NCBI RefSeq assembly: GCF_052425735.1
Contig: NC_135766.1
Location: forward strand, 26,226,001-26,290,000
DNA: 64,000 nucleotides
Reading direction: 5' to 3'
DNA from: Oculina patagonica
Lineage: Eukaryota
Below are positions 1 through 11,857 of this stretch, piece after piece; position 1 is the first letter of the stretch, and the number at the start of each line of letters is the position of its first letter. Below the pieces are notes generated by a model that was given only the letters and a program-made list of their open reading frames with translations, was not told the origin of the DNA and made no database searches. Both the position numbers and the translations under genes were made by a program.

Positions 1-20
1 TCTTCAATGAACTTTCTCAC

Positions 21-930
21 CTTGGTGTGAAAGGCGTTCATGATTTTTATCCGCCTCCGGTGAGAGTGAAAAGATTTTCACAGCATTTTGTGGATCAGTC
101 TCCCAAGCGAGAGAAACCACCGTTTCATTTTGCTTGTTCGTTTCGTCAGCCATTGATTTCCCAGAGAATAACGCGTTCTGTACGAATTTCAGCAACTCGA
201 AGCCCCACGGACTGTCCCGGGCCAACATATGCAAAACAGAATCCCCGTTGTTGTCTTCGGCGGCGTTGATGACCTCTGTTACTTCATTTCTGGTGAATAT
301 GGCAGCAACTTCGAGTTCCAGCAACTTGTTAATCATGCTCTTGAAGCAGAATTGATGAAACAGCACTTTCTTATGTTTGCCGTCGGGCGAGCGATTTAAA
401 ATCATGTTTGCAGCCGCCACGTGAAAGACTGTGCGGCCATTGTTATCCGTCGCCGCCAAGATCTTGGGATGATAATCAGCAAGGATGTTCAAAATGCGCT
501 GAAATACCTTCTCTCGATCTGTATACTTGGTCAATTTACCTTCAAAAACTGCCGCTTTGTTGAATTGTGTTTGTGCAAAATGCAAAGCTGTCTCGCCATG
601 TTCGTTTACTGCGCGCGGATTAAAGTTGTTCAGTAGCAGGCCTTTTACGATGCCAATCTTCCCAAAAGCACAAGCTAGGAAAAGCAGGGGTCTCCTCAGC
701 TCTTCTAAAGGATCGGGAATGTCACTGTCTTGATCCCAACCAGACAATTTGGCAGATTCTATGAGCTTCTTTAGTGCAAGAGGCAAGTCCCCAGACCGTT
801 GGATTCTCGCATTCGCGCAACGACCATCCATAAACATCGCTGCTACCAAATCGTGATGAGAGAGGTTGCAGTTGCTTGGACAGAACGGGGTGTGACACCT
901 CGATGTTAGTGTCGGCGGTACTGAATCCAT
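21..930 (-). CDS. Ankyrin-repeat protein, one large exon (gene continues beyond the left edge)
   Basis: ORF 4..936 has ANK motifs PLLFLACAFG, GETALHFA, GRTVFHVAA, GDSVLHMLA. Donor GTGAG lies at 20..16. First ATG is at 930, but the frame stays open to the repeat terminus near 941, so the true start is uncertain. Confidence 0.8.
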
Positions 931-1055
931 TCGCAAATAATGATGTCAGTCGTTTCGCCTACAAGTATTTTCGCCTACAGGTTGATTCGCCTACAGTGAA
1001 GTCGATTCGCCTACACGACCTGAGTTGTTTCGCCTACACAAAAGTCGATTCTTTA

Positions 1056-3403
1056 CAGTGCGAATACTCGAGCTGGGTCAGTTGCAACAAAGTTAACCAA
1101 TCACAACGCTAATTGAGAACAAAGAATGGCGACCTTTTTTAGAAATGGACCAATAACGTCCAAGACCGCAAACAATAGATTTGCAACAAAATTTAAACAG
1201 TCAACAACGTTTGAAACAGTTGCGGACCTCTCAGGAAACTTGCCTTGTATTTGATTGGATAGTTTCGATCCTAAATTTTCACTGACTGCACCGAATTTTC
1301 AGTAGCGCTCGTAAAACCGTAATCAAAAGTTGGCTTTCACAGGCTGAAAAATTCTTCAAAAGAAATTTTCTGATAAAATTGTATTGCTCTTCGTTGGTGA
1401 TAGCACAGTAAAGAATAACGAAGGACGCTTTTATTCACGACAAGCGCGAAACGGGATGGAATTGTTTCAAAGGACGTCTCAAGTGCCAATTCCGTCGTAT
1501 GCAGCGTCTTATGTCGCATGTGAGCAGAAAGTGAATAGAAACGTTCTAGATTTCATGTTTGAAAAGTCAGTTGTTTTCACTCTTCTAAGTTACATACTCG
1601 TGTTTGTTGTGATTATTTTTTGTTTCTGACGAAAGACAAGGCAAAAAAGATTTGGGATGCCGCCACAGCGACAACTGACCTTGCATATTTTATTAATGGC
1701 AATTTTGCTTTCGCCGCATGAAATGAATTTTCTCCCATAAAAGTTTCAGTGACTTTAGCCTGTGGTAATTTTATGACCACAGAAAGATTGAAGACTCAAT
1801 GACGAAACGGAACAAACTCCTCTTTCACGAAAGCCGTGAGTTTACAAAGTTGTAACAGTAGATAACCGACAGAAAATGAGTCCGTGAGCAAACAAGCGAA
1901 AACAACATTCGACCTGATGTTTACATTTCACGTGGCCTCAAATCGTGTCAAAAAATGTAAAGTGGTAACTTTTGGACAGTTATACGGCATTAACCGACGA
2001 TATAAGTATTGTTTTTGTGAATTTCAAAGTCATACGAAGGTGTAAAAGCAATTTGTTAACATTGGCGAGGAAGTGACTCGCATCGATTTCAAGGCAACAG
2101 ACAGAGCAAAGCTACTGAAAAGCTAGAGCGAAATGAAAATAATTACGGCGTGAATTTGATTTCACAGTCTTCATTTTATTTCCGGAGTGAAAATTTTCAA
2201 ACAAGAGCGAACACAGTGTGGAATATTCAATTCACAGCTCCTGGCCGTGAAGAGAAAAATCACGGTTCGTAGTTTGATTTGTAAACTTTTCGCGAAGATG
2301 ATATTGTAACATACATCTTGTATAACTTGTCTAATAAGGGCCTCTTCACATGAGCCCGGTTTACGAGCTGTCTCAATTACCAGGACGAATTTTGACCTCT
2401 GTTCATATGGAAAATTTTAGCCCGGTTGACGGGGATAAAATTCAAGAAACGAAGGCAAAGTGGCGACACATAAAGTTGCATCTTTCGCGACTATCGTAGC
2501 TTTATTGACCCATGTAACTTTATTAATAAAGCTAATTCGCATATTTCTGAAGTGGAAATAGATACAAGGCAAAATTAAACCATTTGGACCGCCCAATTAC
2601 GAAAGGGAAGCTATTTTCTCAAAAAAAGTTGCGTCCCTTTAGGGCCTCTTCATATGATCCCGGTTGACCGGGCTGGCCCAGTTACCGAGATCTCGGCTCC
2701 CTCCTATTTTCTTGTAAAATTTTGGATGTGTTCATATGAGAAGGTGGGCCAGCCCGGTTACCGATATCTCGGTTTCTGCAACCGAGATCTCGACAACCGG
2801 GAAGAATATTTTCCCATATGAACGCTCCAGCCCGGTGGCCGAGACGCAACTTTTTTTGAGAAAATAGCTTCTCTTTAGTAATTGGGCGGTCCAAATGGTT
2901 TAATTTTGTCTTGTATCTATTTCCACTTCAGAAATATGCGAATTAGCTTTATTAATAAAGTTACATGGGTCAATAAAGCTACGATAGTCGCGAAAGATGC
3001 AACTTCATGTGTCGCCATTTTGCCTTCGTTTCTTGAATTTTATCCTCGTCAACCGGGCTAAAATTTTCCATATGAACAGAGGTCAAAATCCGTCCTGGTA
3101 ACTGAGACAGCCCGTAAACCGGGATCATGTGAAGAGGCCCTAACTTTATCTATCTACGATCTCTATCTACGACCTCTTGAAAATTAAGGATCGAAACTAA
3201 CCAATCAAAAACAAGGCGAGTTTCCTGAGAGGTCCGCAACTATTTGCAACGTTGTTGAGTTTTCAAATTTTTCTGTAAATCTATTGTTTGCTTTCTTGAA
3301 CGTCATTGGTCTGTTAACGAAAAAGGTCGACATCCTTTGTTCTCAATTAACGTTGTCATTGGTTAACTTTGTTCCAACTGTCCCGGTTCGAGTATTCGCA
3401 CTG
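1056..3403. mobile_element. Non-autonomous Tc1/mariner-type DNA transposon
   Basis: TA|CAGTGCGAATACTCGA...TCGAGTATTCGCACTG|TA; diverged TIRs of about 225 bp (1056-1280 vs about 3178-3403); TA TSD. Confidence 0.85.
2338..3140. mobile_element. PIF/Harbinger-type MITE, palindromic composite with three TIRs
   Basis: TAA|GGGCCTCTTCACATG...CATGTGAAGAGGCCC|TAA; inverted arms of about 300 bp; a third TIR starts at 2642. Confidence 0.85.
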
Positions 3404-3540
3404 TAATGTTCTCGCTGGTCACGCGTAATGTTTGACTAGTATGGACTAGGGGAAGACACAAGGCCTGAGACCGAGAAAGGATGTTCTCGCATCGCGCATA
3501 GCTTAGCGGTGCTACCTACGAAAAGAATTTTTTTCATTAA

Positions 3541-4527
3541 GGAGGCTCGATGTAGTTTTTTTAGCCGAAGGGTGGTTGTTTTGAAAATTAAAATTATCTA
3601 GGAAGTTAGCCTGCGAATACAGCCGCCTCTCATTCCCGTCCCGCAACGAAGAGCGAAACAGGAAGAGAGAAAGTCTCTCTTCCTGTTTCGCTCTTCGTTG
3701 CGGGACGGGAATGAGAGGCGGCTGTATTCGCAGGCTACTAGGAAGCCAATGTTCGATTTTTGCCAAAATACACCATAATGATCAAATATGACCAAATTTT
3801 AATTTTTTACTCGTCACTTTGTCACAAAGGTTACCATAGCAACCATTGACGTTTTCTTTTGTTCTCAAACAAGCTTGGTTTTCTCGAAATCTAGACTGAC
3901 ACTTGATATTCATTTTTTGATATGTTCAAGTACAGTTGATTTACTACCTGTGCTCAAAATTTTAGGAAAATCTGTAAGAGCGTTTTAGAGTAAATCAAGA
4001 ATGAAGTTTTTGGTATTTTCTTATAATTTCTTACAATCGGCAGTCGATATATTTTAACAAATTAAAGCAAAAAGTCTTTCGCTTTTAGTTAATGGTCTTT
4101 GATGGTGTAAGTATTTATATTTCAGTGAGAGAAACTGTGCTCAAATAATACGAAACAATTTTAAGGCGCCTATTTTATATTAAAATGGTGTTTTTCTGAA
4201 AATTTCATTCTTGATTTACTTGAAAACGCTCTTACAGATTTTTCTAAAATTTCGTCAACAGTTAGTCAATCTACTAAACTTTAACATATCAAAAAATAAA
4301 CACCAAGTGTCAGTCTAGATTTCGAGAAAATCAAGCTTGTTTGAGAACAAAAGAAAACGTCAATCGTTGCTATGGTAACCGTTGTGACTAAGTGACGGGT
4401 AAAAAGTAAAATTTGGTCACATTTGATCATTATGGTGTATTTTGGCAAAAATAGAACATTGGCTTCCTAGGTAATTTTAATTTTCAAAACAACCACCCTT
4501 AGTCTAAAAAAACTACATCGAGCCTCC
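3541..4527. mobile_element. Kolobok-type palindromic MITE
   Basis: TTAA|GGAGGCTCGATGTAG...CTACATCGAGCCTCC|TTAA; long inverted arms; TTAA TSD with RR termini. Confidence 0.8.
3607..3737. mobile_element. 131-bp hairpin MITE with TAG..CTA termini and 9-bp TSD (AcademH-like)
   Basis: Near-perfect palindrome TAGCCTGCGAATAC...GTATTCGCAGGCTA; TSD ctaggaagt/ctaggaagc; absent from the sister arm of the host element. Confidence 0.8.
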
Positions 4528-7500
4528 TTAAGACATGAGGCAAATGTGTTACTCTGATTGCTAATTAGCCTTCTTTGTTGAGAAACTCACAAGTATAAAC
4601 AATAGAAATATGTTTCGAACGTCGCACATGCCAAACAGTGAATGCACGCGCGAGCGAAAGTTATCTTTATGGAAAAAAATAGCTGTTACTGTCAAAAATG
4701 TCGCAAGTACAAACAATAGAAAATGTTTATACACTGTAATAAAGAAACAAAAAAAAAAATTCACAAGTACCTTCACGGGCCACTGTTCAACTGCATGGTT
4801 AAACACTTTACTTTACATCGATATCAAAGTCAACTTAGTCTGATCGCTCTTTATTTGTTTTCTTCGGCGAAAATAACACACACATACCATCAAGTTAAGG
4901 TAAACTTTATTAATATTGAACTTTATTTAGGTATTCCTTTCTTCTATCTTTCGGAACATAGCAAGCTTTGATGTAGGCGAATCGACTTTGGTGTAGGCGA
5001 AACAACTCAGGTTGTGTAGGCGAATCGACTTCACTGTAGGCGAATCGACCTGTAGGCGAAAATACTTGTAGGCGAAACTACCGGATTCCCATGTTTCACT
5101 ACCAGCAATGAGGCCTTTCCCCGGGGGCCTTCCAAGGGGTAACAGCGACAAGCGACGCAGCCCCGAGTCTTGGCGACAGCGGAATTTCTAAACAGCGACA
5201 AGCGACATGATTGCGGCATTGAAATGCGACAGCGACACAATAAACGCTAAAAAAATGACAGCGACATGATTGGAAGTTGTGCATTTATCAATAATAGCTA
5301 GAAAATGGTGAGTAAATATACCCTAAAAATAGCCAGTGAGTGCACGAAATGGCATTTCGGAGAGCTTAGATTTTAAAAATTGCCCCCACACAGGTTCGCT
5401 GCTCTTGATGAATTTGTACTAGCCTGATTAAAGTGTGGCTAAGGCCCTCTGATTCTCTGACAAAACAGTTTCTCGTGAAAAGAGAACTCAGCGATGTTTA
5501 AACCGATGACACAAACTGCCAACTGAGATGCGGCAAAAAATCGAACTTAAAATAAATCAAAGATCTCTTCGAGATATCGACTTTTTTTGCATGAAGTTAG
5601 TATGAGTAGAAGGTTTATCCTGGGCATTGTTGTTCGAACATATCATGGAAGAATTCAAACGTCTTTCAGTTCAAGCATTTTTTTATTTTCGCGGAGTAAA
5701 ATGCTGTATTTGTCAGTCGCGACGGCTGGGTGCTTTGCGACTCATATACTTTGGCTTGGTTAAAAAAGGTAAACTTTGACGTTTGCCTTTAACATGTTTA
5801 ATCGAAATAGTTGTTTCCTTTAGAGCTAGAAAGATTTCTACTCGGCTTAATGCAGAAAAATAACGCCTGATCGCAGGTTAGGTTACGCACGACAGAGTTA
5901 CCTTTTGTCTCGTCACGCAATCTTAACCCCACATTGAGAAGTAAATTTTCGTTTGGATATTACCAAAAGCCGCTTCTCCTCGCGTTATTCTTTACCTTAC
6001 GGCTACACATGCCATTTCTAACGACTACATTTCCAGCAAAACAGTTGCTGTTTATTTTTCTAATGGCGATGCATTAACTTCTGAACAGAAGAAACGTTTA
6101 ACGTTTACTGTTTCCACCGGAAGTAATTTCACAACAGGCTACAAAAACACTTATAAATATCACTTAACACATTTAATGATGTTGCAATTAGCGAAGCGCA
6201 CTAATGACGTCACAGAATTTGACCCCCGGTGTGAGTCAGATAAAATTCGGACAAACAAACCGCTCTCTGTAAGAGCAGTGTATGGTTGGCGGCCACTTTG
6301 GAGGCATATTTAGCGATTGTTTCACAAAACCATGGCCAGATTGGCTCGGAATTCGGAAAGCCTTACCTGTGCAACGTAGAAAGCTCAAACCGTGATTTGA
6401 AACAAAAGGTTTGTCAAACAGAGCGATTATTCAATAAATGTGTAAAATGTTTTACTCTCAGTTATTGAATGGATTATAAAGGCCCGATTTGCTGCCGGGA
6501 TTTGCTGAAAGAAAACATTTATTTTTATGAGAAATGCAAAACGTTTACACTGTTCTTAGTGGCACATTTTGCAACACAACAGAGCTAACCTCAGATTTAT
6601 GCCACCACAAAATTACACAAAGAAACGCTCGTGACGTCCGATCGGTCCCCTTGCTTGACCCGAATATTTAAAGAGGTCAATTTCGTTACACAATTGTCGC
6701 GGCAAATACTATTTAATATACACTGATCGAGCTCGGCAGCTGTAGCTGCAGTCTGTAATAGTAATGGGGATAAATAACAGCTTTATTAAAATCAAACCCG
6801 CCGTCAATTCCATTAGAAAGGCGTTTGAATAGCATAATATTTTCGCCCTCTATCTATCATGTGTCGAAACAGATCGGATGGCCGGCGATCAGTGCCGTCA
6901 AATTCGGGAAGAATTCTGAATTTCTTGCAACCGACGATCTTTCCGGGGCCTAAATGAAGCAAACATACAAGTGCTATCCTTCGCAATTATATAATTCGAT
7001 AGTAATTCGCTATCCGCCGCTTAAATTTCTCGGCAGCCTGAATAATTTTGCAGTGGGAATCAAGGTGTCATTGCCGGATCTTCGACTAATAAATTCAATT
7101 TTGGGCCATTTTTTGGATACCTTCAATCTGTTTTTCAATTACTAAAGCAAAAAATGCTTGGAATCTATCATTTTTCGAGCCTTTCGAGAATCTCGGCCTC
7201 AAATTGTGTCTTTCTCGCCCTTTTTTTCTTGTCAAGGATGCGTCCCCTCCATACAAAGCCTTTGCCGAAACTAAAATTGTTGTCCGACTCACGCGGGGGG
7301 GGGGGGGGGGGGGGGGGGTATCATGTGGCGAAATCTATTTTTAGTAATAGTGCGCTTCGCTAGATGATGTTGCAATTCTAAATTGTGCAACTCAGCAGAA
7401 ATAATCAATTGTCACGAAATGAGTTCCTATTAGCAACGTTTTAGTGTGTGAAAGACAAATTTGCGTTGTTAATCGTTTTAGGTTAAATTAATATTAGCGC

Positions 7501-8076
7501 CTAAAGACTTGTACTAGTAAAAATTGCGTTCTTAATCGTTTTAAACTTCGCTGCCTTCGAGCGCTGAACCCCTTACATTCTTAATTGGTTATGTGACGTA
7601 AGATTTGGGCTACTCACGTTTTTGATTCTTATATAACGTTTGTAAATTGACAAGTCACGTTTTTTCTACAAGAACGGAAGTGCTGAAGCACAACTATAGA
7701 GTGACACTTTACAAGTCACGCGCTTTGATCACCCACAGCGGAAAGTATTCCCTTGAGAAATTAAAACAGTCCCTTGAGAGTTAACAAGAATGCGATCCCT
7801 TCCGGTTCAGATTTTAGCTCATGTAAACGCTATTCTCCTACTTTTTGCTTGTAAACAAGCAAAAAAAAGTCGAAAAAAGGAAGCCAATCATAACCATCTG
7901 TAAAAGCTAACAGGGAAAACTTGAAGCTTCGGTGTCAACACTGTGATAAAACGACAGCGACATTTACAGCCGTTGGTCCTCAGAAGCATGCGACATTGCG
8001 TCACGGATACCCCCCTTAATTGGAAGGCCTCAAAACCAGACTTTTGTTTAGGGAAGAGGGAATAACTGTTCTTACG

Positions 8077-8272
8077 CTGCCTCGTCCCCAGTCGCTCGCG
8101 ATCGTTGGGAGAAACGTTAGTTAATCATTGAGGAAAGCGAGGGCGAAGGGATACCCTTCCCATCACCCACCGCTCGCGCTTCGCGCTCGCTCCCAATCCC
8201 CCTACTCGCGCTTCGCATCCCTGCCTCTCTCCAAAATCCGCGCGGCCTTGGAAAAGCCTGTGGAGGAGGCAG
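8077..8272. mobile_element. MITE with 9-bp TSD
   Basis: CTGCCTC...GAGGCAG termini; exact direct repeat GTTCTTACG at 8068-8076 and 8273-8281. Confidence 0.8.
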
Positions 8273-8477
8273 GTTCTTACGTAAAACTTCTTTTCGTCGT
8301 CACCAGTTTTTGGTGTAACTCTCGAACAGATTTTATTCCTTTGAAAATTGTATAAAATGAAATATCGATTTTCCCCAAAGATGAGAAACAATTGGAAGAA
8401 ATGCACCACTTTGAAGAGGAAAACAAAGCAGAGATGAGCTCAACGTAAAATGGTTAAACGTTTATACATCACCTTAA

Positions 8478-9716
8478 GGTGACTCGATCGAAATAAATGA
8501 CGTGTTGTATGCCTGTCAAAAATTTCTAATAGATTCGCCATTTTTGACTCGATTTCCCTGAAACTTTTAATACGCATTAATACGCATGTCAATATGTCGA
8601 TGTAATGATTGCGAGTTTTGCGCGATGTTACTTTTATTGAACACACCTATTTGGATAAAACTGCTATTTACAGAAAACTGAGCGCTAAGATTTCGTTTAA
8701 ACTACTGCAATTAGCTCATTATGACATCTTATTATGACTCTCTAAGTTTCCAAAAAATCGTCGGAACGGAAACCTCGATACAATTTTATCATCAAAATAT
8801 TAATCTTGGGCAAACTTCGAGGCTTGGAACGCACCATTGCTTAAAACAACCGGAACATTAAATTGAACATCTTACACAAACTTTGCGCTACTTTACGTTT
8901 CTGGGGCTGCCTTGATTATGGGTTAAAATGCACCCCCCTTATCCATGTGTAAATTCTTCAAATTCTCGTCAATTCCATTGAGCGTAGCTGTAGAATCCAA
9001 ACAACAACATGGCCGTGTTCACAATGGAGTTGGAGTAGTGCTTCACTTTAAAACATTATTTCATCCATATCAAGGCAGCCCCAAAAACGTAAAGTAGCGC
9101 AAAGTTTATGTAAGATGTTCAATTTAATCTTCCGGTTGTTTTAATCAATTCGTACGGTTCGTTTTCATGTAATTTAGAAAAAAGTGAATTTGGCGACCTT
9201 CCTACATTTTGACGCAAATGGTGAGTTTATAATATTTGCTCAAACTTTTTTATCGTTGCAAATAGCCGAATGTGATTTGGAGCTGTTAAAACTGATGCAT
9301 TAAACTTTCTTTGCCTTCGGTTATGATATATTTTGGGCGAAATGTGGAAGCGCTGGTGCGTTCCAAGCCTCGAAGTTTGCCCAAGATTAATATTTTGATG
9401 ATCAAATTGTATCGAGGTTTCTGTTTCGACGATTTTTCGGAAACTTAGAGAGTCATAATAAGATATTATGAGATAATTGCAGTAGTTTAAACGCTCAGTT
9501 TTCTGTAAATAGCAGTTTTATCCAAATAGGTGTGTTCAATAAAAGTAAAATCGCGCAAAACTTGCAATAATTACATCGACATATTGACATGCGTATTAAT
9601 CTTCGATAAATTTCGAGTGAAATGCGAAAGTTTCAGGGAAATCGAGTCAGAAATGGCGAAGTTATTAGAAATTTTTGACAGGCATACAGCACGTCATTTA
9701 TTTCGATCGAGTCACC
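8478..9716. mobile_element. Kolobok-type non-autonomous DNA transposon
   Basis: TTAA|GGTGACTCGATCG...CGATCGAGTCACC|TTAA; TIRs of about 360 bp plus an internal inverted repeat (about 8843-8920 vs 9065-9145). Confidence 0.85.
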
Positions 9717-10401
9717 TTAACAATGACACGAACAAGTAATTTTCGAAATTCAAGAAAATTGCGCGTTCCAATGCAAGGAAAAGAGCAACCTTGTTCCTAA
9801 GGTGTCTTTTTCATGACACCCTGCGAACGAAGTTGAGGGTCGGCTTGGAAAGCGACCCAAAATTTCACTATAGTGTGGGGGGGGGGGGGGGGATGGGGAG
9901 GCGACCAGGAGGGCTTGATCCCAAGAGAAAAGGGGAGGCGGGAGAAGAAATGGTGGGAAGTGGGATCTATCGATCCGGGTGAAACTGAGTAAAATTCCGC
10001 AACATTTTGTTATATTTTGCAATGGAAATGGGACAAAGATGAGGGAACCACTATGGAAAAGGGCGGGAAGCGCTAGTAAAAGGTAGGGAAGCGGGAGGTT
10101 CAGAACCCCCCCACCCCTCCCCATTTAGTCGGAACCTCGCTAATGCTATCACTTCTCGTGAGATACAGATATGTGTGCAAATCAGTAAGGATATTTTATA
10201 ACACGCTTGATTTTGGCACTCCAGGACGTAAATATTGATAAAGCTATTCCTCTATCTGTAAATGAGAAGGGAGGTGGAATGAAAATCCTTTGTGTAGAAC
10301 GGAACATTTGCAAATAAAAACCTTGAGAACTATCGCAGCAGCTGTTAGTCTTTATTGAACAAAAAAAATTATACACAACAGAAGAGGTTACACAGTCATA
10401 C

Positions 10402-10639
10402 ACAATCTGTGTCACAGTTACTTGGGACACTTGGCCATATGTCCCTCACCCGGAGTCAATTCGCGTCCAAGCAGGCGAAGATAGTCACGCCAGAATGTTG
10501 CAAACAGATACGTCACGTTGCTTAGCAACTTTTGCGGCGAAATCCGCAAACCAAATCAATTTTGGCGGCAAAAAATGACGTCATCAACTGGTTGGGAAGG
10601 AGTGGTACAAAGTGTCCACATAACTGTGACTTGGATTGT
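10402..10639. mobile_element. Degenerate MITE
   Basis: Imperfect TIRs acaatctgtgtcacagttacttgggacactt / aagtgtccacataactgtgacttggattgt. Confidence 0.5.
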
Positions 10640-11857
10640 AGTTTTCAAGGCGTTAAATACAGATCTTTTGCTTTTCACACTGTTTCTCGTTTCCTAATCT
10701 AATTCTTACTCAATAATAATTAAAAGTTAAAGAAATGAAAAGCGTATTGTGTTCAAATTCAACTAAAGACTGTGAGATCAGCCATTTTGCAAAAAGAAGG
10801 GATTCATGATATCTTTTTGTTAAAACTATTAAATAACAACATTGAGCAAACCTAATGTAATCACTAATCACAAACAATACTATCGCTGCTTCTACTCATA
10901 TACACTGTTACAGGTCAGGCAACATTGAGCTATAGAAGAAACTCTCCGTCTCTCTTCCGTGTCGAACAGCATAACGTGACACACCTCAGTCAAGACTGAA
11001 CGACTAAATAACCAACATTACCTTGAGTTTTCTTCTAAAATACCTCAAATAATGCTAGATTTCAAACCTAGATTGCACAAAATCAAGGACAAAAAACCGT
11101 TTTACATCATTTTCATACTTTTTCTTTTTCAAATATATACAACTTAATTTTACGACAGACACCTCTTGGCCAAATAAATCATCGCTGCTAGTGTTAGAAG
11201 CACCAGGGCAAATAATTGATGGTTATAGTTTTATACGAAATGCATAGGTAATGTAGACATAATACAATGCTTACCAACACATGTACGACGCACATTTTCA
11301 AACACACTTGTTTGAAAACACTGAGCCAATCCGTGACGGTGAGGTATTTGAACAGTTTAGAGCATATATCGAGCTCGCAACTAACGTTGTATAAGAAAGA
11401 CGGAAAGGCACGGAAAACGATACAATTAAATACGTTTGCATTAAACATTTGTCCACACATATGACTTCTAGCTTTGTATTATACGCTCTGCATGTATTTG
11501 CATCGAGCACTTCTACGATTGTGTGAAACCTTTTACATTTTTCTTTCTTTATTATACAACTATCTGTAATTAATTTATATTATTAGCTGAGATATCTAAC
11601 ATCAAGCATATTTAAATTACACCAAGATTTTTAACAATGCCAGCTAGTACCAAAATGATTAAATACTAAAATAGTGCGGCTGATATACCAGCCCAGATCA
11701 AAACGACAGAAACTTGCTATAACTGTCACAAATAGACGCATACATGCGTATCATTTAAATACGACAGGAACGTAAGGGTAATATCACTGATATGTACACA
11801 TCCAAATGATTTCTAGGTTAAATATGAGCCATAAAATATCGCCAAGATTTAAAATAG

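Larger units (their letters stand above)
941..5089. mobile_element. Foldback/Mutator-like element ends with subterminal TTCGCCTACA tandem repeats, enclosing nested MITEs
   Basis: About 105 bp near-identical inverted repeats at 947-1051 and about 4970-5084, built from ttcgcctaca units. No TSD found and the left arm is truncated, so the two ends may be separate copies. Confidence 0.55.

Noticed and set aside
947-1051. Regular TTCGCCTACA repeats resembling a CRISPR array
   Set aside because: Spacers are only 4-12 bp, an inverted copy lies near 5000, the context is eukaryotic and no cas genes are present; these are transposon subterminal repeats.
5420-7640. Possible decayed transposon or gene
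   Set aside because: No convincing TIR pair, TSD or translatable homology could be recognised by eye.
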